This document shows, piece after piece, positions 52,853 to 61,099 of a stretch of 64,000 nt of DNA. A program made the translations under genes and the position numbers. The notes under the pieces were generated by a model. The model was not told the DNA's origin. It ran no database searches and saw nothing but the letters and a program-made list of their open reading frames with translations. The stretch is taken from the NCBI GenBank assembly GCA_030550235.1, contig JAUQPU010000003.1, forward strand, positions 79,897-143,896, in the 5' to 3' direction. This stretch comes from Thermoproteota archaeon. GTDB lineage: Archaea > Thermoproteota > Nitrososphaeria_A > Caldarchaeales > Calditenuaceae. The stretch's first letter is position 1; every line of letters starts with the position of its first letter.

Positions 52853-54445
52853 ATGGCAGTCGAGTCAGGGGGCGTAACTGTTGAAGACGTGGTTGCTATA
52901 ATAGAGTATCCTGTGAAGAGTGGTGAAGAGCTATTCGCTGAGCGTCTAGTTTTGAGCGAGACGCAGCGAGGAGGACTCGAGGTCTCTATCGGCGATGGTT
53001 TCAAAGAGATATCGGCCCCCCTCAGCTATATGAGGCGCGACATCTCATCCTCGATACTCGGCGACAGCCTCTCAATCCGGCTTCTAACACCATTCAAGAC
53101 AATTCGAGGGGAAGAAGCTGTCAGACAACTACAATCTCAGTACCTGAGGAGGGTCGTCAAACTGGTTACGGGCTCTATCATAGAAAACTATGAGCTGGCA
53201 GCTATACATGTCAGGCTACACCCGCTATATTTCCTGCTTAGATGGCTTAAACCCAAGCTGGTGCTGATGCCGAGCCTATCCCGGTTGTTCTGGTGGCTCG
53301 GCGCTGAGGATAGGGCGGAGAAAGAGCTTCTATCCCGTGTGTTGGCGCGTGTAAGGGAGGCCTTGGATGAGGCTGCAGGGGAGGAGGCGCTCCTACAGAA
53401 GGCCGGCGAGCTATACGCCCTCAACCCTTCAAAGATACTGCAGAGCCAAGTAGGAGAACGCAGGCCCAGACTCAAACTTCCATTCAATCCACAGATCGTT
53501 AGGGTCATAAGTGATCCGAGACTGGCTGTCGGGGCTCTAAGACTGATTCTCTCGGAGGTTCAGCCTAAGCAGCCCATAACCCTAGCCGAATTAGACCCAG
53601 ACGACTGGGTCTTCATACAAACTTCCCGCGGCCTCCAACCAATCTCCCATGATGAGCCGTTAATAGAGGCGATAAAGAAGCATCTCTCGCTGGAAGATGT
53701 AGATGTCAGGGTTGATAGGAGAGGCTCCATATTGAACTCAACCTATCTCCTAAAGATTTATGCAGGCGGCGGCCTAAGGGAGAGCCTCTTCGTGAAGAGG
53801 TATTTCTCTTGGACGGACGTCAAGTGGGTTGCCGCTAAGCTCTGGGCCATGCCTCTAAGAAACTTTTACCTCTCCCCTGGGACGAGAATGAGTAACGAGG
53901 TCTTCTTCCTAAACTACCTCGCCGAGAGAGGGTTCAGTGTCCCGCACATCGTATATCTCTCCTGGGGTGATAAGGTGCTTGTTGAGAACGCGATTAATGG
54001 CTTTAATCTCACGGAGCTCTGGACTAGGGAGCGTGGGAGAATTAGTGAGAGCGCACTCGAGGATATAACGATGAGTGTGGGTCGGATGCTGGCTGAGGTT
54101 CATGGCCAGGGCGTCGTGTTGGGAGACTGTAAACCCGATAACGTCATGGTCTCTCAGCCTCCACAGAAGCCTGAGATTTGGCTGGTTGATTTAGAGCAGG
54201 CCTCTCTTAGAGGTGTCATGTCCTGGGATCTCTCCGAGCTAATACTCTACATGGGGCGCTACCTCGACCCAGAAGAGGCTGAGAGATACGCCTCACTAAT
54301 AACTAGGGGATATCTCTCGAGGGGTAGGCCCGAGGTCGTGGAGGGGGCTTTAGACAGTAAGTTCCAGCTTGCCATGCTCCCCTGGACACCAATATGGACT
54401 CAGGTCTGGATGCTCAAATCAGTGGAGAGGGAGTTGAGGAAGTAA
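52853..54445 (+). CDS. Atypical protein kinase (Bud32/RIO/Kdo-kinase-like C-terminal domain) with an uncharacterised N-terminal region of about 300 aa
   Basis: LFVKRY (Lys), catalytic loop VVLGDCKPDNVMV and metal loop WLVDLEQAS in the C-terminal 230 aa. Confidence 0.6.
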   Translation: MAVESGGVTVEDVVAIIEYPVKSGEELFAERLVLSETQRGGLEVSIGDGFKEISAPLSYMRRDISSSILGDSLSIRLLTPFKTIRGEEAVRQLQSQYLRRVVKLVTGSIIENYELAAIHVRLHPLYFLLRWLKPKLVLMPSLSRLFWWLGAEDRAEKELLSRVLARVREALDEAAGEEALLQKAGELYALNPSKILQSQVGERRPRLKLPFNPQIVRVISDPRLAVGALRLILSEVQPKQPITLAELDPDDWVFIQTSRGLQPISHDEPLIEAIKKHLSLEDVDVRVDRRGSILNSTYLLKIYAGGGLRESLFVKRYFSWTDVKWVAAKLWAMPLRNFYLSPGTRMSNEVFFLNYLAERGFSVPHIVYLSWGDKVLVENAINGFNLTELWTRERGRISESALEDITMSVGRMLAEVHGQGVVLGDCKPDNVMVSQPPQKPEIWLVDLEQASLRGVMSWDLSELILYMGRYLDPEEAERYASLITRGYLSRGRPEVVEGALDSKFQLAMLPWTPIWTQVWMLKSVERELRK

Positions 54446-54453
54446 GAGTGACT

Positions 54454-55503
54454 TTAGAGAATCTTGATATATTCTTTACCAGCGCCTTCGTACGAGCCTA
54501 TGAGTATCTGCCTCCAGGCCTCCTCACCGTTTGACCACGCCGCCTCAAGCTTTCCATAAACCTCGACAAGGTCACCCTCCCTCAAAACACCAGCCAGCAT
54601 CATATCATAACATACAATTCTATCAATACTGCCTGACTCATCCTCAACAAAATATACCGCAGGCGTAAAGAGAGATTCCCGCACATCAATAACCCTCAAC
54701 TTAACCCTAGCCATCCCAAGAGAGGAGTAGAAGACTTCTCCGTGCCTGTGCATCGGCTTCTCACGGACACCATGCAGCGAGAAGGCCACCCCATTATACA
54801 CCCCCTTGTTGGTGACGTTTGATGCAAGCCTGAGTAGATTGTTCAGCGGGATTGGATATCTCCTGGCAGCCCTCGCAGCCCATCCCCATGGGTCTTTATC
54901 CCCGAGCAGCGCGACCATACCCTCGCGCTGCAGCCTCTTAAGGGCCTCGAGAACCTTCCAGATATTCTCTACACCATAGACAACCAGGTCTATGTCGGAG
55001 TTTTGATGATGAATGCCAGGCAGGATTGAGCCTGTGACGCCAAAATATTCTGTTGAGACGCCGGATAACTCGGATAGAGACTCGACGAGGGAGATGAGGC
55101 TCTTTTCAAGCTGGTTGTTGGATGGTCTACTCAAGAGCTCGGCGAGCCTTTTCCTAGAGTTGTATATTCTGATTATTCTGTCGGTTGGTGGGGCTATGAC
55201 TTTGGCTTGAACCGTAGGGTCATAGTAGACGTAGCTTGGCTGGTTTTCGTCTAGGAATCTGATGACCTTGAGAAGCTCCTCGACTGTGTATTGCTGGATG
55301 ACCCTAACGAATTTCCTCCCATCACTTCCCCAGGCCCCATCTCCCGGAATGTATTTGAGGATGCTCCAAACCCTCCCCGCAGGATGGACATCCCCTACGA
55401 CAATGAAAACCCAGTGCTCCATCGTCTCGAAGCAGTCGTGGTCCCTGAGCTGTGCAACGTGGCCACTGGCTTCAGCCATCCACTTGAGAAGCCTCATCAA
55501 CAA
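54454..55503 (-). CDS. Pol-beta-superfamily nucleotidyltransferase (archaeal COG1665-like), paralogue A
   Basis: GVTGSILPGIHHQNSDIDLVVYG signature. Homologous along its length to the adjacent gene. Confidence 0.6.
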   Translation of the reverse strand: MLMRLLKWMAEASGHVAQLRDHDCFETMEHWVFIVVGDVHPAGRVWSILKYIPGDGAWGSDGRKFVRVIQQYTVEELLKVIRFLDENQPSYVYYDPTVQAKVIAPPTDRIIRIYNSRKRLAELLSRPSNNQLEKSLISLVESLSELSGVSTEYFGVTGSILPGIHHQNSDIDLVVYGVENIWKVLEALKRLQREGMVALLGDKDPWGWAARAARRYPIPLNNLLRLASNVTNKGVYNGVAFSLHGVREKPMHRHGEVFYSSLGMARVKLRVIDVRESLFTPAVYFVEDESGSIDRIVCYDMMLAGVLREGDLVEVYGKLEAAWSNGEEAWRQILIGSYEGAGKEYIKIL

Positions 55504-55511
55504 AATTATAA

Positions 55512-56480
55512 CTATATTCTACCAATATTTTCCTCGGAGACAATGTAGTCGCTAGGCGCGTTTCCGACGAATAGCCTATATCTGCGAGTTTTTAGGTCTA
55601 TTTCAAGCCTCCCACATGCCTTGAAATATTCTCCGGCAAACACTTGTTCTGCGAACCTCGACCTATAGGACACAACCTCCACGCATCTGTAAGCTTCTTC
55701 ACCTCCTTCCAAAACCTCCTCGACAGTGACCTTCAACTTCATGGGCGTATAATAACCGAGGGACTCGTCTTCCACCCTCCCCCTGACGGTGATATAGCCT
55801 AGCTCCCTCCACCTAGCTGTCCCCCAGGGCTCCCAGAAGTCCTCAGGCCTCTGGACAATTTTTGCGGAATAGACCACCCCCTTGAAGACACCGTACGTCG
55901 ACTTTCTACCTTCATGTTTAATCCATGTCTCGAGGCTGAGTCTGGAGTCTCTACGCTTAGAGGCCAGGTCGTGGGCATACTCCGGCGTTACTGGAGAAGT
56001 CATCCCACGCCTCCTAAGCTCCCTAAAGGCCTCAACTCCACTAAACCCCCTAGGCTCCACTAAAACCAAATCGATGTCGGAGTCCTTCCTATAGGCTCCC
56101 AGTAGTATGGAGCCTGAAATGCCTATTGACTCCTCGGTGGCGCCCCCTTCCTTGGAGAGGGCTCTACCTAGCTCGATGGCGAGTCCTGTGAGGCTGTCGC
56201 GAGGCTGTAGGCGCCGATACCCTTCTAGGGATGAGAGGTGTCTCTCAACCTTCTCAACCGGAATCTGAGGTAGAACCTGTCCCGAGTGGTCGTCGAAGAC
56301 TAGGCAGCCACGCATCCTTTCCTCGATAAAAGCATACACTTCATCCAGCCGGGCCACGCGACCGAGACGTGGAAAAGCGACTACACTCCCCGGAGGATGC
56401 GAAACACCCTTAACAGCCATAAACCCCAACTCACTAACGTATACATAGTCGCCCTCAATCAACCCATCAAGCCCAAACAC
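55512..56480 (-). CDS. Pol-beta-superfamily nucleotidyltransferase (archaeal COG1665-like), paralogue B
   Basis: GISGSILLGAYRKDSDIDLVLVE signature. Tandem with paralogue A across an 8-nt spacer. Confidence 0.6.
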   Translation of the reverse strand: MFGLDGLIEGDYVYVSELGFMAVKGVSHPPGSVVAFPRLGRVARLDEVYAFIEERMRGCLVFDDHSGQVLPQIPVEKVERHLSSLEGYRRLQPRDSLTGLAIELGRALSKEGGATEESIGISGSILLGAYRKDSDIDLVLVEPRGFSGVEAFRELRRRGMTSPVTPEYAHDLASKRRDSRLSLETWIKHEGRKSTYGVFKGVVYSAKIVQRPEDFWEPWGTARWRELGYITVRGRVEDESLGYYTPMKLKVTVEEVLEGGEEAYRCVEVVSYRSRFAEQVFAGEYFKACGRLEIDLKTRRYRLFVGNAPSDYIVSEENIGRI

Positions 56481-57009
56481 TACACAGCAAATAAATCTGA
56501 TTGATTAACGTCCAGCGGTCTGGACTCAAGTTGAGGTAAACTTCTCCCTCTCTTCTTCCAAATTCCATGAATTGTCTAAATATACGTCTCCAAGAATGGC
56601 CGAAGGGCTAAATCGCGACGTCTTTTCCATCTCACTGATTTTCTTAAAGGTATTGGGAAAGATCCGTATAGGCCTTGCTGAGGATGATGCTCAACCAGTG
56701 CCTCATTTGGTGGAGGTAGGGTCTCCAAGCAACAGGATGTCGATCAAGTTATATAGATCTCCAGTCTTATTGCATGAAGATCTTGACGGAAAGGCAGCTA
56801 TTCAACCTGGATTATCTGACTGGCCTCTTGTGGGTGATAGGCCTATGGGAAACTTGTAGTAAGTACAAGCTACTACCAAGATAGCTTTATAGATAATTGT
56901 ATGCTTCCATCTTCTAATGTAGATGGGGAGGAGTTCCAAGAGTTGTTCTCACCTCCATGTAGCCGATTGAGAGGTGGAGCAAGTATCATTCTTTAAGGGG
57001 TGAGGAGGC

Positions 57010-57981
57010 TTGAATGAGATTAGGGAGATTTTAGAGTTTCTGGTTGGTGATGAGGATCCTGTCCTAAGTCCGCTGGGTGGTGGTGTCTCGTGCCTAGTCG
57101 TTCTTGCTACCACATCAAAGGGGAAATGGGTAGTGAAACAGGCCTTACCCAGGCTCATGGTGAAGGATGAGTGGCTGGCTGACCGAGATAGGATCTTCCG
57201 CGAGGCTGGATGCCTCAAGGCGTTGCGAGAGTTAGTGGGCAATGATGTAGCGCCCAGGATCATTCATGTAGATAGGATAAGGTATGCGTTTGTGATGGAG
57301 TATGGTGAAGAGGGAGTAACTTGGAAAGAGATGTTGATGAAAAGGGTTATAGACTCATCGGTGACCGACAGGGTGGCAACTATATTGGCAGAGCTACATA
57401 GAAAATCCCATGGATTGGAAAATATCGTGGCCGAGTTCAGCGATGATACTAATTTTGTCCAGCTGAGGGTTGACCCATATATTATGCATGTGGCTAAGAA
57501 GCATCAGGATATTGCCCAGAAGCTTTTGGGGGTCGCAGATCTTCTTCGCAGGAGAAGGCTCTGTCTTGTCCATGGTGATTACAGCCCCAAGAACATCCTA
57601 ATCCTACCAGATAGGAGAATATGGGCATTAGATTGTGAGCCAGCCCATTACGGTAACCCAGTCTTCGACATAGCTTTTTGCGTTAACCATCTGATACTGA
57701 AGTCCATACACCTGAGCTCGGCCGCGCATTTAGAAGAGGGGAGAAGGCTGTGGAGAAACTACTGGCATAATGCTGGATGGGAGTCCACTGAGATACTTGA
57801 AGAGGAGGCGGTGAAAGTTCTCGCCACATTGATGCTGGCACGTGTTGACGGCAAGTCTCCCGTTGAATACCTGTCGGAGGAGAACAGGGATAAGGTGAGG
57901 CGGCTCTCGAGAGAGCTAATCGCAGAAGGTGTTGGAGAGTTGGGGGAGTTAACCGACCGTGTCTTGGAGGTGATAGGATGA
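57010..57981 (+). CDS. Methylthioribose-kinase-like (MtnK/APH-fold) small-molecule kinase
   Basis: LGGGVSCLVV...WVVKQALPRLMVKDEWLADRDRIFREAGCL and LVHGDYSPKNILI...DCEPAHYGNPVFD parallel the Bacillus MtnK blocks as I recall them. TTG start preceded by GAGGAGG. Confidence 0.65.
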   Translation: MNEIREILEFLVGDEDPVLSPLGGGVSCLVVLATTSKGKWVVKQALPRLMVKDEWLADRDRIFREAGCLKALRELVGNDVAPRIIHVDRIRYAFVMEYGEEGVTWKEMLMKRVIDSSVTDRVATILAELHRKSHGLENIVAEFSDDTNFVQLRVDPYIMHVAKKHQDIAQKLLGVADLLRRRRLCLVHGDYSPKNILILPDRRIWALDCEPAHYGNPVFDIAFCVNHLILKSIHLSSAAHLEEGRRLWRNYWHNAGWESTEILEEEAVKVLATLMLARVDGKSPVEYLSEENRDKVRRLSRELIAEGVGELGELTDRVLEVIG

Positions 57982-59276
57982 TGCATGTGACGGAAGTGCG
58001 GGCGTGGGAGGTTTTAGATTCTAGGGGATTCCCCACCGTTGAAGCGGAAGTCTGTTTGGATGGGGGGTATACTGGATCGGCTCTTGTGCCGGCCGGGGCC
58101 TCAAAAGGCAGTCATGAGGCTGTAGAGTTGAGGGACGGTGACCGAAGATGGTTGGGAAAAGGTGTAAGAAAGGCAGTGGAAAACATCAGATACATCATCG
58201 CACCGGCCCTTAAGGGATTGAATGCGGATATACGTGAAATAGATGAAGTTCTTCTGGAGATGGATGGGTCTCCAGATAAGTCAAGGCTTGGAGCTAACGC
58301 TATCCTAGCTGTGTCCATAGCCTCATGTAAGGCCATATCACATGCAAGACGCATGCCGTTGTACAGATATATTATGGAGGTGGCAGGGGCCTCAGCATTA
58401 ACAATACCCACCCCCATGGTAAACATGATAAGCGGTGGACTACATGCATCATGGAACCTTGACATCCAAGATTTACTCATAATACCATTAGGGGCTAGAT
58501 CATTCAGGCAGGCGCTGGATGATGTGGGTGCAGTATACCACACGCTGAGGAATCTCTTATCGGGGAAGGGATTCTCGACACTTCTGGCGGATGAAGGAGG
58601 GTTCAGCCCAAGATGTGGAGGCTGTGAAGAGGCGATTGAACTTCTCCTTGCGGCGGTGGAGGAGTGTGGGCTAGCCCTGGGTAGAGATGTAGCGCTGGCC
58701 ATGGACATCGCTGCTACACACCTCCTGAGGGGTGGTAGGTATATGCTGCGAAATGAGGGGCTGTATCTCTCTTCAGAGGAGATGGTGGACTACCTCTCCG
58801 AGTTATGTGAGAGATATGGGATTATTTCTCTTGAGGATGGATGTGCAGAAGACGATCTGGATGGATGGAGAATCCTAACGGATAGGCTTGGAGACAAGAT
58901 GCAACTGGTGGGTGACGACTTATTTGCAACAAGTTTGACACGTCTGAAAATGGGTGCCGAGCGTCATATAGCCAACTCAGCTCTAATCAAGCCCAACCAG
59001 GCGGGAACCGTGACCGAGACCATCGACGCCATAAAACTGTGTAAAGAATTGGGATACACGCCAATCGTCTCGGCCAGGTCTGGAGATACTGAGGACAGCT
59101 TCATAGCAGATCTAGCAGTGGGTGCTAGCGTCACACAGATAAAGATAGGATCCATATCTAGGTCGGAGAGGACATCCAAATACAATAGGCTTCTGAGGAT
59201 AGAAGATGAGCTAGTCGGGGTGGCCAGTTACCATGGAGGGGCCGCGCTAAGACTGGGCCACAGCCCTACAAGATAA
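57978..59276 (+). CDS. eno: Enolase-family protein (divergent at two catalytic-site positions)
   Basis: DSRGFPTVE, AGASKGSHEAVELRDGD, DEGGFSP, VGDDLF, IKPNQAGT and QIKIGS..RSER..KYNRLLRIEDEL. ATGA overlap with the kinase gene. Confidence 0.85.
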   Translation: MMHVTEVRAWEVLDSRGFPTVEAEVCLDGGYTGSALVPAGASKGSHEAVELRDGDRRWLGKGVRKAVENIRYIIAPALKGLNADIREIDEVLLEMDGSPDKSRLGANAILAVSIASCKAISHARRMPLYRYIMEVAGASALTIPTPMVNMISGGLHASWNLDIQDLLIIPLGARSFRQALDDVGAVYHTLRNLLSGKGFSTLLADEGGFSPRCGGCEEAIELLLAAVEECGLALGRDVALAMDIAATHLLRGGRYMLRNEGLYLSSEEMVDYLSELCERYGIISLEDGCAEDDLDGWRILTDRLGDKMQLVGDDLFATSLTRLKMGAERHIANSALIKPNQAGTVTETIDAIKLCKELGYTPIVSARSGDTEDSFIADLAVGASVTQIKIGSISRSERTSKYNRLLRIEDELVGVASYHGGAALRLGHSPTR

Positions 59277-59524
59277 AATACTTTTCAATATATTTACATT
59301 GTCATGGTGTATTGAGGTGTCATTTGACTGATCTCCATCAAAGTGGAGATAAGGCCGCGTAGCAAGCCTGACACTCACCTCACTTTTGAAGGTTGTTTGC
59401 CTAGATGCTTACCACTGGAATTAAGAATACTAATCTTAGCATAAATGTAAAAATATATCGATTTATGTTATTTTGTATAAAATGTTAAATAAATAAGTCC
59501 AAAAATTTTTCAGTAGCGAGCTAT
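59277..59524 (+). promoter_or_regulatory. AT-rich 248-nt intergenic/promoter region upstream of the bd-oxidase operon
   Basis: Visibly A/T-rich with several TATA-like runs (for example AAATAAATAAG about 30 nt before the ATG), plus a 7-bp stem hairpin at 59331..59350. Confidence 0.4.
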
Positions 59525-61099
59525 ATGTTGGCGAGCCAAAATGTTTCGCTTCTGATGCCTATTAGCGCCCTAGGGATATATCTTCACGCATTCTTTGTCA
59601 GCGTGACGTTGGGCTTTCCTATCATGATCTCGGCTCTACTCTACGCTTGGTGGCGTACAAGGGATGAAGACTATTACAGGGCTGCGAGAATTGCGACGGG
59701 TGTTTTGGCGGTCAACTTCGCCCTTGGAGCAATTACGGGGACGCTCGTCGAATTTGGTCTTGTCCAGGCTTGGCCTGGCTCAATATACGCTGTCGCCACA
59801 GTTGCCTTCGTTCCACTAGCCTCAGAGCTTATCGCATTCGTAGGAGAAATCGTTTTCCTAGTAGCCTTCATAGTCACGCTGCGTTGGGTGAAGCCTTGGG
59901 TCAGCATTGCTTTAATGGCTGGATATTTTGCTTTCGCAGCCTTTTCAGGAGTCTTGATTACGATGGTTAACAGCTGGCTCAACGTTCCATGGGGCACAGG
60001 CTCTCTAGCATCAGTTCTTAATCCATACTTGCCCGAATATGGGCCGGCGGCTTTCGACACGCGGGTTCTAATAGCGGTTAAACTAGCCCTAGTCGACAGC
60101 CTCCTAACATCCGGCACTGCCTCGCAGATTCTACAAAGCCCCGAAACAGCCCGGGCTGTCGGTATAAGCTTGAACGACCCCTTCATAGCATTAAACTCAC
60201 CCTACGGTTTGGCGAGCGCCGTCCACAACTTAACGGCTGCGGTAATCATAGGCATGGCGATGGCTGCTGTGGCTTTCGCCTATAAACATCTCAGAACAGG
60301 AGACCCCAAATACGTAAAACTGCTCAGATCATTCCTTCCAATTCTACTGATACTACTTATTCTTCAGCCTATTGTTTTCGGCGATATCATGGGCAAGGCC
60401 GTTGCAGCTTTCATGCCGACAAAGTTCGCAATGATGGAAGGTGCTTATATTACAAAACAAAACCCACTGGTCTCTTTCCTCGCATATGGAGACCCTTCTA
60501 TACCTATCTCAGGCTTTGACGAATTTAGGAAAAAATGTGAGATGCTAGGCGACACCACGGTGGGAGCAGTTGCTGCACAAGTATTACCGAACTATACGCC
60601 AAGCCCGTCCAGCAACATCAAGCTGAAAGACCTATGTATGCAGGGTTTAACCGATGCCGAGAATCGGTTGGCGGTGATAAACGCGGCATATTACGTGAAG
60701 ATAGGTGCAGGTGTGGTTGCTTTAGCTGCCGTGGTTGGGCTCGCCTCCGCAGTGTTTAACGTTGGATTGCTAACCCGTGTAGTCTTGACTCTCTCAAACA
60801 GGCTCGGTAAAAGACAACTGGTATTCCTTCTCGCTCTGCTTGTGGTGGTTGGCTCGGTTTTGCCGGCGGCTTTGGGTTGGTATGTAAGGGAGGCAGGCAG
60901 GAAGCCTTGGACTGTTTATGGCCTGCTAACTCCAACGGAGCTGGTCACACCTGTTCCAGCTTCACCCCTGATAATGGCCGCCTTCACTGCGGTATTCGTC
61001 ACAATGGCCTTAGGAGGTGTCTATGGGATGTATCTGGTGGCGAGCAAGCCTCTTCTATTCGTCAAACTTCTAAGACGGGGGGCGGGTGAAGAAGAATGA
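59525..61099 (+). CDS. cydA: Cytochrome bd-family quinol oxidase subunit I
   Basis: Helix-1 His (YLHAFF), GAITGTLVEFGLVQAWPG, PTKFAMMEGA and REAGRKPWTVYG signatures. Confidence 0.9.
   Translation: MLASQNVSLLMPISALGIYLHAFFVSVTLGFPIMISALLYAWWRTRDEDYYRAARIATGVLAVNFALGAITGTLVEFGLVQAWPGSIYAVATVAFVPLASELIAFVGEIVFLVAFIVTLRWVKPWVSIALMAGYFAFAAFSGVLITMVNSWLNVPWGTGSLASVLNPYLPEYGPAAFDTRVLIAVKLALVDSLLTSGTASQILQSPETARAVGISLNDPFIALNSPYGLASAVHNLTAAVIIGMAMAAVAFAYKHLRTGDPKYVKLLRSFLPILLILLILQPIVFGDIMGKAVAAFMPTKFAMMEGAYITKQNPLVSFLAYGDPSIPISGFDEFRKKCEMLGDTTVGAVAAQVLPNYTPSPSSNIKLKDLCMQGLTDAENRLAVINAAYYVKIGAGVVALAAVVGLASAVFNVGLLTRVVLTLSNRLGKRQLVFLLALLVVVGSVLPAALGWYVREAGRKPWTVYGLLTPTELVTPVPASPLIMAAFTAVFVTMALGGVYGMYLVASKPLLFVKLLRRGAGEEE

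Noticed and set aside
56572-56859. 95-aa plus-strand ORF in the 529-nt gap.
   Set aside because: No recognisable motif, an atypical composition and a doubtful TTG start. I left it uncalled and flagged the gap itself.
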